64,000 nt of DNA from Pirellulales bacterium (lineage in GTDB: Bacteria; Planctomycetota; Planctomycetia; Pirellulales; PALSA-1355): contig CAVTBU010000006.1 in the NCBI GenBank assembly GCA_963733035.1, positions 32,001 through 96,000 on the forward strand. The letters run 5' to 3'. Every line of letters begins with the position of its first letter. Position 1 is the first letter of the stretch. The notes under the pieces were generated by a model. The model worked only from the letters and a program-made list of their open reading frames with translations. It was not told where the DNA came from and searched no databases. Made by a program: the position numbers and the translations under genes. Shown piece by piece: positions 49,194 through 58,479 of this stretch.

Positions 49194-50567
49194 CTAGCTG
49201 ATGACGACTGGATCGTGCCAGCCGCCAGGTGGCACAATGCGGCGCATCGCCTCGGCAGGGCCCCAAGTATTCGGATCATAGGGCTCTACCGGTACGACGT
49301 CTCCTAGTACCGGATCGACGATTCGCCAGGCGGCCTCAACCGAATCCTCGCGGGCAAACAATGCTGGATCTCCACGCAGCGCATCGCCCAGCAAACGTTC
49401 GTAGGCATCCATTTCGGCGCCGTCGGATTGGTGGCTGAGCACCAGCTCCCGTGAAGCGCCGCTCATCCGCTCGCCTGGCTTTTTGGTCATCGTGCCCAAG
49501 GCAATGGTCATGTCGGGATTGACGCGGAATCGCCAATGATTCGCCTCGGGCGGCGGACCAAAGACCGTCGGAGGCGTGTCCAATTCGACATACACTTCCG
49601 TACACGTGACGGGCAGGCACTTCCCAGCGCGAATGAAGACCGGCACGTCTTTCCAGCGCCAGGAGTTGATTTGTAACTTGAGCGCCACGAAGGTTTCGAC
49701 TTCGGAATTGGGTGCCACGCCCTTTTCCTCACGATAACCCCGAAACTGTCCCCGGACGACGTCGGCGAGCGATAGTGGTGGAATGGCCTTGAAGATTTTC
49801 ACCTTCTCGTCGCGAATCGCTTCGCTATCCGTGCCGGCCGGTGGCTCCATGGTCAACACGGCAAGTACTTGCAGCAGGTGGTTTTGAACGACGTCGCGTA
49901 TCGTGCCTGCTTCGTCGTAGAAGGCGCCACGCCCCTGCACGCCAAACGACTCGGCCATGGTGATCTGGATCGACCGTACGAAGTGTCGACTCCAAATCGG
50001 CTCCAATATGGTGTTGAGGAACCGGAAATAGAGCAAGTTTTGCACGGGCTCCTTGCCCAGGAAGTGATCGATTCGGTAGATGGACGACTCATCGAAGTTG
50101 CTCAGCAGCACGTTGTTGAGTGCCTGAGCGCTGGCCAAGTCTCGGCCGAACGGTTTTTCGACAATCACACGCGCCCCGGTGGCGCAGCCACTCTTGCCGA
50201 GTTGTTCGACAACCACCGGAAACATGACGGGCGGAATTGCCAGGTAGTGTGCCGGATGCTTAGCGTCGCCGAGCAATGAGCGGAGCGTTTGAAATGTCGC
50301 CGGATCTTTGTAGTCGCCGTCAACGTACTTGAGCAGCGTGCAAAGTTTGTCGAAAGCGCCCTCTTCGAAGCAGCCGTGATGCTGCAGGCTGTCACGAGCA
50401 CGATTTTTCAGATCGTCGAGCGTCCAATCGCTTTTGGCGACACCGATCACTGGCACGTCCAAGTGCCCGCGTTTGATCATCGCCTGGAGTGCCGGGAAAA
50501 TTTTCTTATATGCCAGGTCGCCCGTGGCTCCAAAGAAGACCAGCGCATCCGATTGCGTCATGCCCAT
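49194..50567 (-). CDS. zwf: Glucose-6-phosphate 1-dehydrogenase
   Basis: GATGDLA, EKPFG, RIDHFLGKE, RDVVQNH, AYERL. Confidence 0.96.
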   Translation of the reverse strand: MGMTQSDALVFFGATGDLAYKKIFPALQAMIKRGHLDVPVIGVAKSDWTLDDLKNRARDSLQHHGCFEEGAFDKLCTLLKYVDGDYKDPATFQTLRSLLGDAKHPAHYLAIPPVMFPVVVEQLGKSGCATGARVIVEKPFGRDLASAQALNNVLLSNFDESSIYRIDHFLGKEPVQNLLYFRFLNTILEPIWSRHFVRSIQITMAESFGVQGRGAFYDEAGTIRDVVQNHLLQVLAVLTMEPPAGTDSEAIRDEKVKIFKAIPPLSLADVVRGQFRGYREEKGVAPNSEVETFVALKLQINSWRWKDVPVFIRAGKCLPVTCTEVYVELDTPPTVFGPPPEANHWRFRVNPDMTIALGTMTKKPGERMSGASRELVLSHQSDGAEMDAYERLLGDALRGDPALFAREDSVEAAWRIVDPVLGDVVPVEPYDPNTWGPAEAMRRIVPPGGWHDPVVIS

Positions 50568-50681
50568 CGATTCTCCTCTCGTTGTTGTGCTTCCGTTGCT
50601 TGCGGGCTGTTCCCGGGGTCAGTCATCCCAGGAAGTTCCATGGAAACCGAGCGGCTGCCACGCTCCTTATGCTGCTTGGCA

Positions 50682-51698
50682 TCAGGCCTTCTTTTCCAAG
50701 TGACCGCCGAATTCGAATCGCATGGCCGAGAGCAGCTTGTCGGCAAAGTCGAATTCGCCGCGCGAGGCGAAACGCTCGTAAAGCGCTGTCGACAGCACGG
50801 GCACGGGCACCGCTTCGTCGATCGCGGCCTTGATCGTCCAGCGACCTTCGCCCGAGTCGGAAACACGACCGGCAAAATTGGAAAGGGCGGGGTCGGCGGT
50901 CAGCGCGGCCGCGGTGAGATCCAACAGCCAGGAGCCAATCACGCTGCCGCGGCGCCAGACCTCGGCCACGTCGCGCAGGTTGATGTCGAATTGATATTGT
51001 TCTGGATTGCGTAACGGAGTTGTCTCGGCATCGATCGATTCGGTCCGCTTTCCAATATTCGCTTCACGCAGCACGGCGAGGCCTTCGGCATACGCGGCCA
51101 TCACGCCGTACTCGATGCCGTTGTGAACCATCTTCACGAAATGGCCGGCGCCGTTCGGTCCGCAGTGCAGGTAGCCGTGCTCGGCGGTACCTCCGAGTTT
51201 TTCGCGACCCGGCGTGCGCGGCGCGGAATCGACCGCGGGTGCCAACGCGGCAAAAATCGGATCGAGTCGTTTCACGACTTCATCTTCGCCGCCGATCATT
51301 TGGCAGTAGCCGCGTTCAAGTCCCCAGACGCCGCCGCTCACGCCAACGTCGACGTAGTGGATCTTTCTTTCGCGCAAGTGGGCGGCCCGGCGAAGATCAT
51401 CGATGTAGTAAGAGTTCCCGCCATCGATGAGCGTGTCGCCGGCATCAAGGCGGTCTTCAAATTCGGCAATCGTTTTGTCGACCACGCCGGCTGGCACCAT
51501 CAACCAGACGGCCCTGGGGCCGGTGAGCTTGGCCAGGAAATCATCGACGGAGGTCGAACCGGTGGCTCCTTCCTTGGCGATCTCGTCCACGGCCGCAGGA
51601 TGGATATCGTAAACGACGCACTGGTGGCCCGCCTTCATCAGGCGTCTAACCATATTGGCTCCCATGCGGCCAAGGCCGACCATGCCGAGTTGCATCAT
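50682..51698 (-). CDS. gnd: Decarboxylating 6-phosphogluconate dehydrogenase (short YqeC/GntZ type)
   Basis: GLGRMG, DGGN, GVSGG, GHFVKMVHNGIEY, SDSGEGRW, RFEFGGH; AAGGAG RBS. Confidence 0.95.
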   Translation of the reverse strand: MMQLGMVGLGRMGANMVRRLMKAGHQCVVYDIHPAAVDEIAKEGATGSTSVDDFLAKLTGPRAVWLMVPAGVVDKTIAEFEDRLDAGDTLIDGGNSYYIDDLRRAAHLRERKIHYVDVGVSGGVWGLERGYCQMIGGEDEVVKRLDPIFAALAPAVDSAPRTPGREKLGGTAEHGYLHCGPNGAGHFVKMVHNGIEYGVMAAYAEGLAVLREANIGKRTESIDAETTPLRNPEQYQFDINLRDVAEVWRRGSVIGSWLLDLTAAALTADPALSNFAGRVSDSGEGRWTIKAAIDEAVPVPVLSTALYERFASRGEFDFADKLLSAMRFEFGGHLEKKA

Positions 51699-51817
51699 GT
51701 TTCTCCTTAGGTAGTTCGGATCACTCCGGAAAAGTCCATGCGGGCCTTTCATAACATAACGCGCAATTGCGGCAGGTCGAATTACCCAGTTTCGCAGAGA
51801 ATGGCATGATTTGGCGC

Positions 51818-51861
51818 AAAAAACGGGACAATCCGACGCGGAATGCGACGAATTGTCCCGT
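51818..51861 (-). terminator. Putative intrinsic terminator downstream of the redoxin fusion gene
   Basis: Inverted repeat ACGGGACAAT (51823-51832) / ATTGTCCCGT (51852-51861), followed on the minus strand by a T run (A tract 51818-51823). Confidence 0.7.
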
Positions 51862-51883
51862 AGGTTAGGTGCGCGTGCCGGAT

Positions 51884-53947
51884 TTAACGCTGTCCGCGAC
51901 GGCCTCCGAAAAGCTTCAAGATGGTCGTCAATTCTTCCTCGGTGATCCCACCATCGCCATTGGCATCGATCAGCGCGAACCGCTCGGCAAATTGGCCGGG
52001 CAATTCATCCTGAACGAGTTTGCCGTCTTTGTTGGCATCGAGCTTGGCAAAGATCTGCTTTGGATCAGGCATGTCTGGCACTCCGCCGCTTGGAGGACCG
52101 GGGTCCTCACCCTTCGGGAATATTTCGACATAAAAGCCGATCATCATCTCTTCGAAGGTTTGATCTCCCCAAGTGACCGTTTTGGTGGGGTCAGGATTCG
52201 AAAGATTATCCTCCGAATTATCCCAATGAGCCGTGCAGACGAGCCGTGTCCCCTTGGGGATCCGCTTTGGCTCCTTGAGGTGATACGTCGTCTGCCAATT
52301 GAAGTCGTACGCCGGCACGTCGAGCAGAATCTCTTGCTCGCCATTTGGATAAAACGCTTCGTAGCGGAAGGCTTTGCCGCGCGTATGCATGTGCGGCGTC
52401 ATGTTCACGATGGTCGCATCATGCTTGAATGTCGTCTCCGCTGAATCGGAGTAGTCGTGAGCTCCCGGGGGGATCGAGAAGAATGTATCCACGACTGCCG
52501 TGCTGCGGGCTTCAAACTTGACCTTCTCCGGATCCGTAAACTTAAAGCCTACGTAGCTTAGATCCTTTTGCGGCGTGCCGTTGGGAGTGTAGTGCAGCTG
52601 AAATACGAGCTTGCTTCCGGCCTTTACATGAACGGCCGTATTGTTGCCTTCACGAAATAGCACGTTGGCGCCCGGCGCATACGCCGCCACCAGGTTGCCG
52701 CTGGTCAACGCGCCCCCGCCGCCCCCACCGCCTTCGCCACGTCGACGGTTTCCAGTTCTTCGGCGCTTCGGTTCGCCGTCGCGGTCTCCGCGACCGACAT
52801 CGCCGGGCTTCAAATCGCTAGGGGCCACAAAGACCAAGATATGGTGCACCGTTTCCAGGCTACCCGGCTTGGCCTCGGCCGCCACAATCCACTTGTCTTC
52901 CTTCCAGCCCGGATCGACGACGAAGTGATAATAGTCGACGACGCCCTCCGCAGGCACGGTCACCGGCTTGTCTTTCATGTAGATGATTTGGTCCGGCTCG
53001 CCGATCGACCAGCCCTCGACGAACTGTCGTGGTTCGGGCAATTGCGACCGATCGCCTTCGGGGCAGCCGTTATCGACCCACTTGGCAATCATCTGCTTCT
53101 CTTCGTCGGTCAAGCGGGCTTCATTTGCGAACTCGCCATGGCTCGGATCGGCATGCCAGGGGGGCATGCGACCCTGATCGACCACTTCGCGAATCATTTC
53201 TCCCCAACCAACGACCTCGTCGTAGCTGGTCATCACGAATGGACCGATGCGTCCTGCGCGGTGACATTCCACGCAATTTTTCTGGAAGATTCGCGAGATT
53301 TGATTGCTATAGGTCACGTCGGAATCATTGTTCGGCTGTTTCACGCGGCCGATATGACAACCAAGCGCTGTGGTGGTGGGAACAGTGACTTCCTTGCCTG
53401 CGAGCAGTTCCTTGACCGCTTCGACCATGTCTCGCCGCGAGGGTTCCGGACGTTGGTAACCGAGTCCGTCCGCGAAACCATATTGATCGTCGATGCGGCC
53501 CCAGTAGCGGACCACGCGGTCTTTATCCAACACGAATACTTCGGGAGTGCGAATGGCACCAAAGTGATCGGCCACTTGGTTCCGCACGTCTCTAAGCATG
53601 GGAAACTCGATGTCGTGCCGCTCGGCGTACGCTTCGATCTCCTGGAGCGAATCCTGCTGATTCGAGTCAATGCCCATGAACGCGACGCGCGACGGCTTGA
53701 ACTCCTTTTGCAAGGCGGCCAGCTTCGGAGCATAGAGTTTGGCCATGGGGCATTCAGTACCCAGGAAAACAACGACAACAACATCTTGTTTCAGATCGCG
53801 CAGAGAGTAATTCTTGCCGAACTGATTCTTGAGCGTAAAGGCGCTGATTTTCCTGCCTACGCGTGGAGCATCGTCCGCGGCTCGCACGGTCGGCATGGCG
53901 ACGGCGGCCGCTAGCAGCAGGATCGACGCGACAAACAAACGACGCAT
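51884..53947 (-). CDS. Secreted redoxin + c-type heme + copper type II monooxygenase-like + EF-hand fusion protein
   Basis: Signal peptide; thioredoxin fold FLGTECP...RTPEVFVLD...GRIDD; CVECH; VHHIL, QLHY, PHMH, YDFNWQ, EEMM; EF hands DANKDGKL and DANGDGGITEEE. Confidence 0.82.
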   Translation of the reverse strand: MRRLFVASILLLAAAVAMPTVRAADDAPRVGRKISAFTLKNQFGKNYSLRDLKQDVVVVVFLGTECPMAKLYAPKLAALQKEFKPSRVAFMGIDSNQQDSLQEIEAYAERHDIEFPMLRDVRNQVADHFGAIRTPEVFVLDKDRVVRYWGRIDDQYGFADGLGYQRPEPSRRDMVEAVKELLAGKEVTVPTTTALGCHIGRVKQPNNDSDVTYSNQISRIFQKNCVECHRAGRIGPFVMTSYDEVVGWGEMIREVVDQGRMPPWHADPSHGEFANEARLTDEEKQMIAKWVDNGCPEGDRSQLPEPRQFVEGWSIGEPDQIIYMKDKPVTVPAEGVVDYYHFVVDPGWKEDKWIVAAEAKPGSLETVHHILVFVAPSDLKPGDVGRGDRDGEPKRRRTGNRRRGEGGGGGGGALTSGNLVAAYAPGANVLFREGNNTAVHVKAGSKLVFQLHYTPNGTPQKDLSYVGFKFTDPEKVKFEARSTAVVDTFFSIPPGAHDYSDSAETTFKHDATIVNMTPHMHTRGKAFRYEAFYPNGEQEILLDVPAYDFNWQTTYHLKEPKRIPKGTRLVCTAHWDNSEDNLSNPDPTKTVTWGDQTFEEMMIGFYVEIFPKGEDPGPPSGGVPDMPDPKQIFAKLDANKDGKLVQDELPGQFAERFALIDANGDGGITEEELTTILKLFGGRRGQR

Positions 53948-54132
53948 GGCATTCTCCTCAGAAGTCGAAACCGACTCAGTTGGGGATGGGGCCGCTGGGG
54001 GGATTCGCAGACCGAAGCGAACGCGGCGACTCGCCATTATAGTCGCAGTCAGCGATATTCTCAAAGAAGAATCGAGCCAGAACGGCGCGGTTCATGGTTG
54101 TGGTTCGCCGATCGCGGTGGGTCAATCAGTGT

Positions 54133-54939
54133 TCACTTGAGCACCTGTCCGCGAACAATGGCCATAAACCATCGAACGGGCAGCAACCGGCGGGCTGTTA
54201 GAATTGCGTGAGAGTTGACCGGATAGCGGAGCCGCGCGGTGCGGTCGGTCGCGGCCCGAAAAATCGTGCGTGCCACGACTTCCGGTCCCGGGGCGTCGTG
54301 GCCGGCTTGTTGCATTCGCGGCATGGCCTTCTCGACGAAGGCATCGTACGCCGTTAGACCTGTTTTCGTCATTAGCTCAAGCGAACGGTCGTAGAAGTCG
54401 GTCTTGATGGGACCGGGCTCGATAATCTTGACCTGGATTCCCAGCGGCTCCAATTCGTAGACCAGCGACTCGGAAAAACCTTCCACGGCCCATTTCGTTG
54501 CGTGGTATACGCTGTATAGAGGGAACGTAACACGCCCCCCCATCGAACTGACATTGATCAATCTGCCGCTTTTTTGCTGGCGAAAGTGGGGAATGATCTC
54601 GCGAGTTACGTTCATCAAGCCCGCCACGTTGGTTTGCAATTGTCGCTCGACTTGTTCGGGCGTTGATGCTTCGAAGGGGCCAACGAGTCCATAGCCGGCG
54701 TTGTTCACCACCACGTTGATCGTGCCGAAGCGCTCCGTGGCCTGGCCGATCGCCGCCTGAATACTTTGGGGCTCTGTCACGTCTAGTTGCAGGGCGACCG
54801 CTTGGGATGCCGTTAGCCAGGTCGCTTCCTCGGGGCGACGCATCGTGGCCGCAACGTTCCAGCCCTGTTGGGCAAAAAGCTGCGCGGTCGCCCGGCCGAT
54901 CCCGCTCGATGCGCCGGTGATTAGGACGGTTTTGCTCAT
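54133..54939 (-). CDS. Classical SDR family oxidoreductase
   Basis: TGASSGIG, NNAGYG, SSMGG, YHATK, IEPG. Confidence 0.93.
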   Translation of the reverse strand: MSKTVLITGASSGIGRATAQLFAQQGWNVAATMRRPEEATWLTASQAVALQLDVTEPQSIQAAIGQATERFGTINVVVNNAGYGLVGPFEASTPEQVERQLQTNVAGLMNVTREIIPHFRQQKSGRLINVSSMGGRVTFPLYSVYHATKWAVEGFSESLVYELEPLGIQVKIIEPGPIKTDFYDRSLELMTKTGLTAYDAFVEKAMPRMQQAGHDAPGPEVVARTIFRAATDRTARLRYPVNSHAILTARRLLPVRWFMAIVRGQVLK

Positions 54940-55283
54940 GTCGGTCTCCAGGGAATACGAAAGTCGCTGCGTGTAGGGTACCCTGCGGCCACGCACGATG
55001 TCATGCGAGAATCCTTGTCGAGCGAACGGGCTTTCTCACCCAAGTCGCCTCATTCGCAGTTGCTTCAGGCACGGGGAAAAACTTGAACTGCCGCCAGGCC
55101 CAAGTGCAAGCCAAGCAAGAATCTAGGGCGGGCCATCCTGTACGGTTGATTTCGGCCTCCAACGGTTCCTGCTGCTTCATCTTCACTTCAGGTTCCCGTC
55201 CCTATAGTTCACATCGCAATCGCGGTTGATCCGCGTGGCAAGTCCGGATGAGGGGGCGAATTCTTTTCAGCGAAAGGGCTCGA

Positions 55284-55940
55284 ATGATGAAGACGATTTT
55301 GGCTAGCTTCGTACTCCTAGGCTTGGGAATGCTCGCTGCAGTGACGCTCGCGCAGCCGCCCGATGGACCGCCATCGGGACGCGGAGGAGGACCGCGTGGT
55401 GAGGGACCTCCGCCTCCGCCGCCGGTAATGGAGGCACTTGACGCCGACCACGACGGCACGATTTCGGCTGAAGAAATCGCGGGCGCCAGCGAGGCACTCA
55501 AGTCTCTCGACAAAAACGACGACGGCGAACTGTCGGGCGATGAGATCCGCCCACCTCGTCCTCGCCATTTCGGAGAGGGTCGTGGTCGTGGAGCCGGCGA
55601 TCGCGGTGAATTCGGTCCGCCGCAGGACGGTCCACGCGGGCGTCGCGGTGGCCCCGATGCACTCGATCGTGGTGCTCGCGGTCGGGGTCGCCAGGATCGT
55701 GGCCAGCGGAGTGGCGGCCCACGAGGTGACGGTCCTCCCCCCGGTGGTCCGGGTGCGGGCGGTCCACCACCATTCATGCCGCCGCATCTGCGAGACGAGT
55801 TGGACCTGAGCGAGGACCAGATGCAACAACTCTCGGATTTGCACAAAGAAATGCGAGAGAAGTTTGAGAAGATTTTGACGGAAGAACAGCGCGAGAAGCT
55901 CAAGGAACTCGGGCCTCCGCCAAGACCTCCCCGAGACTAG
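55284..55940 (+). CDS. Secreted Gly/Pro/Arg-rich EF-hand protein with a Spy/CpxP-like C-terminal helix pair
   Basis: Signal peptide, [31 protein letters not shown]...ILTEEQR. Confidence 0.75.
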   Translation: MMKTILASFVLLGLGMLAAVTLAQPPDGPPSGRGGGPRGEGPPPPPPVMEALDADHDGTISAEEIAGASEALKSLDKNDDGELSGDEIRPPRPRHFGEGRGRGAGDRGEFGPPQDGPRGRRGGPDALDRGARGRGRQDRGQRSGGPRGDGPPPGGPGAGGPPPFMPPHLRDELDLSEDQMQQLSDLHKEMREKFEKILTEEQREKLKELGPPPRPPRD

Positions 55941-56164
55941 CGGCCGCGAGCGTTCTTGCTGGAAGGCGACCGTTTCAGTCGGGCGCCGGGGCCGCATGTT
56001 TCAGGCTCGCGGGTTAGGTGGATGGTGAATTTAGCGACCACCAGACACCTGGCCCGCGAGCCGCTTGGTTTGGGGGCCACGCCAACCGCGGCGGCGACCT
56101 CCAGCTATGATACGAGTAGTGACTCGGGCGCCGGTTCTGGCGAGGTTTGTTGCGGGTTCCCATC

Positions 56165-56818
56165 ATGCGAGTATTGGTAATTGAAGATGAGCCTGAGCTG
56201 CTGGGCGTCGTGACACAGGCGCTGCGGGAGGAAGGCTATGCCGTGGATGCGGCGGGCGACGGCGAGGAGGGGTTGTTTCGCGCCCAAAGCTGGGACTACG
56301 ACGCGGTGGTGCTGGACCTGATGCTGCCGAAGCTGGATGGTTGGGAGGTCCTTTCTAGATTGCGCCGCGAGAAGAAGACGCCTGTGTTGATTCTGACGGC
56401 ACGCGACACCGTGCCAGACCGCGTGCGAGGGCTCGACGGCGGCGCCGACGACTACCTCGTCAAGCCGTTTGAGCTCACGGAATTGTTCGCGCGGCTGCGG
56501 GCTTTGATTCGCCGCGCCAATGGCCAGGCGAAATCCGATATCGAGATTGCGGACGTGGTAATCGATATCCGCGGACGGCGAGTGACACAGCACGGAGAGG
56601 CGGTCGCGCTGACGGCCAGAGAGTACGCCCTGGTCGAATTGCTAGCATTGCATCGCGGCGAAGTTGTCACCCGCACGCAGATGTACGAGCATCTATTCGA
56701 CGAGAGCGAGGACACGTTGTCGAACTTGCTCGATGTGCACGTTTCGAACGTCCGCCGCAAGTTAGGCAAGGATTTTATTGTCACGCGGCGGGGTCAGGGG
56801 TACGCGATCGATGTTTAA
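56165..56818 (+). CDS. OmpR/PhoB family response regulator
   Basis: MRVLVIEDE, LDLMLP, LTARD, GADDYLVKPF, LTARE, TRRGQGY. Confidence 0.95.
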   Translation: MRVLVIEDEPELLGVVTQALREEGYAVDAAGDGEEGLFRAQSWDYDAVVLDLMLPKLDGWEVLSRLRREKKTPVLILTARDTVPDRVRGLDGGADDYLVKPFELTELFARLRALIRRANGQAKSDIEIADVVIDIRGRRVTQHGEAVALTAREYALVELLALHRGEVVTRTQMYEHLFDESEDTLSNLLDVHVSNVRRKLGKDFIVTRRGQGYAIDV

Positions 56819-58466
56819 TTCCATTCGCCTTCGTCTGCAGATCTGGTACGCGATTGTGCTGATCGCGGTGATCGGAGGATTTGCCGGTGCGCTCTATTTT
56901 CAGGTCCGTATCAATCACATGCGGACACTCGATGCCAGGCTCGAGTCGGCGGCGAACTACTTGCAGGCTGCATTGCACAGTCTGCCGCCCCACGAAATCG
57001 AACCGGGCGGGCGCGGACCACGTTTTCCGCGCAGGGGCGAGCGACCACACGGTCCACCCGCCGCGATGCGTGAGCCGCATCACGATGGACATCCACCGGT
57101 GGGACCACCCCCCGAGGCCGAACCTCTGCGTGGACCGGGTGACCGTCGTCCAGAGCGTTTTCCGGCCGATCGGCCGCAGTCAAACATCGCCTTGCCGAGT
57201 TCGCTGTTGGATGCCCCCGATGGAACAAGCGAGGATTGGCCGTATTTCACAATTTGGCGCGGCGACGGCACAGTTTTGACCGAATCTGATACTTCCCAAT
57301 CGCCGTCCGCGAACGGACGAGTAGTACCGCGCACCGAATTCGCGTTGCGTTCGGGGTTTCCTCCCGGATTTCGTTGGACGACTGGCGAGCTGCGCGAGAT
57401 TGTGATCGCTGGTCCGCACGGCACGACGATCCTCGTGGGAAAGCCAGCCGGTCGCGAGTTGGCCGAAATGCGCTGGTTCGCGTGGCGACTGTTGGGCAGC
57501 GGCGGAGTCTTGTTGGTGGTTGGGCTGGCTGGCGGCTGGCTGATCTCGCGTAGCATCACACGACCCATCGATGCCATTGCCGCCACGGCTTCGGAAATCT
57601 CGGCCCGCAACTTGGCACGCCGGATTGAACTTGGCGGGCTGGATCAGGAGTTAGTGGGTCTGGCGACGATTCTGAACGAAATGTTCGCACGGCTGGAAGC
57701 GGCATTCGAACGACAATCGCGGTTCACCTCCGATGCCTCGCACGAACTTCGTACGCCGTTGGCTGTGCTCCATGCCCATGCCGAGTTGGCCCTTTCACGA
57801 CCTCGTTCCGGGGACGAATACCGCGAAACGTTGGCGGCTTGTCTGAAGGCGGCGGGGCGAATGGGCACACTCGTTGATGGCTTGTTGGTGTTGGCTCGGG
57901 CGGATGCGGGTTGCCTGGATCCTCAACTTAGAGAACTCGATTGGCGTGGAGTTGTGGAGGAGATCGTTGATCAATATCGACCTCAGGCGGCGGCTATTGG
58001 CATTGAACTATCAACGGCGCTGGATGAGAGCGTGCCCGTGCGCGGAGACGTAACATTGCTGGCGCGCGTATCGAGCAATTTGTTGGCCAATGCGTTGCGG
58101 TATACGCCCCGTGGTGGCCAGGTGCACGTGGCGCTTACGGCACGATCGCACGACGGAGCGATGCTGGCCATCGAAGATACCGGCTGCGGAATTCCGGTCG
58201 AAGATCAAAATAAGGTGTTTGAACGTTTTTTCCGCGCCGACAAGGCCCGTTCGCGAGCGCAGGGAGGCAACGGGTTGGGGCTGGCGATCTGCAAGAGTCT
58301 GGTCGAAGCGCATCACGGCACAATTAGCTTCAAATCAACGCCCGATCGGGGCAGCCGATTCGAAGTGCGACTACCGCTCGCGAAAACGGGTGGGTCGGTT
58401 CCGCGGATACATGGCTCAGCGACAGACGACTCGTCGACCACGCCAAACGTGAAAACAATTGGCTAG
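56811..58466 (+). CDS. Sensor histidine kinase (2 TM, HAMP, HisKA, HATPase)
   Basis: DASHELRTPL, NLLANALRY, DTGCGI, FERFFRAD, GLGLAI; start overlaps the regulator's stop. Confidence 0.95.
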   Translation: MFNSIRLRLQIWYAIVLIAVIGGFAGALYFQVRINHMRTLDARLESAANYLQAALHSLPPHEIEPGGRGPRFPRRGERPHGPPAAMREPHHDGHPPVGPPPEAEPLRGPGDRRPERFPADRPQSNIALPSSLLDAPDGTSEDWPYFTIWRGDGTVLTESDTSQSPSANGRVVPRTEFALRSGFPPGFRWTTGELREIVIAGPHGTTILVGKPAGRELAEMRWFAWRLLGSGGVLLVVGLAGGWLISRSITRPIDAIAATASEISARNLARRIELGGLDQELVGLATILNEMFARLEAAFERQSRFTSDASHELRTPLAVLHAHAELALSRPRSGDEYRETLAACLKAAGRMGTLVDGLLVLARADAGCLDPQLRELDWRGVVEEIVDQYRPQAAAIGIELSTALDESVPVRGDVTLLARVSSNLLANALRYTPRGGQVHVALTARSHDGAMLAIEDTGCGIPVEDQNKVFERFFRADKARSRAQGGNGLGLAICKSLVEAHHGTISFKSTPDRGSRFEVRLPLAKTGGSVPRIHGSATDDSSTTPNVKTIG

Positions 58467-58479
58467 GTGTTCGGTCGGT

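Noticed and set aside
55202..55997. Two minus-strand ORFs of about 230 aa
   Set aside because: Shadows of the low-complexity EF-hand gene, which has a signal peptide and canonical EF loops on the plus strand
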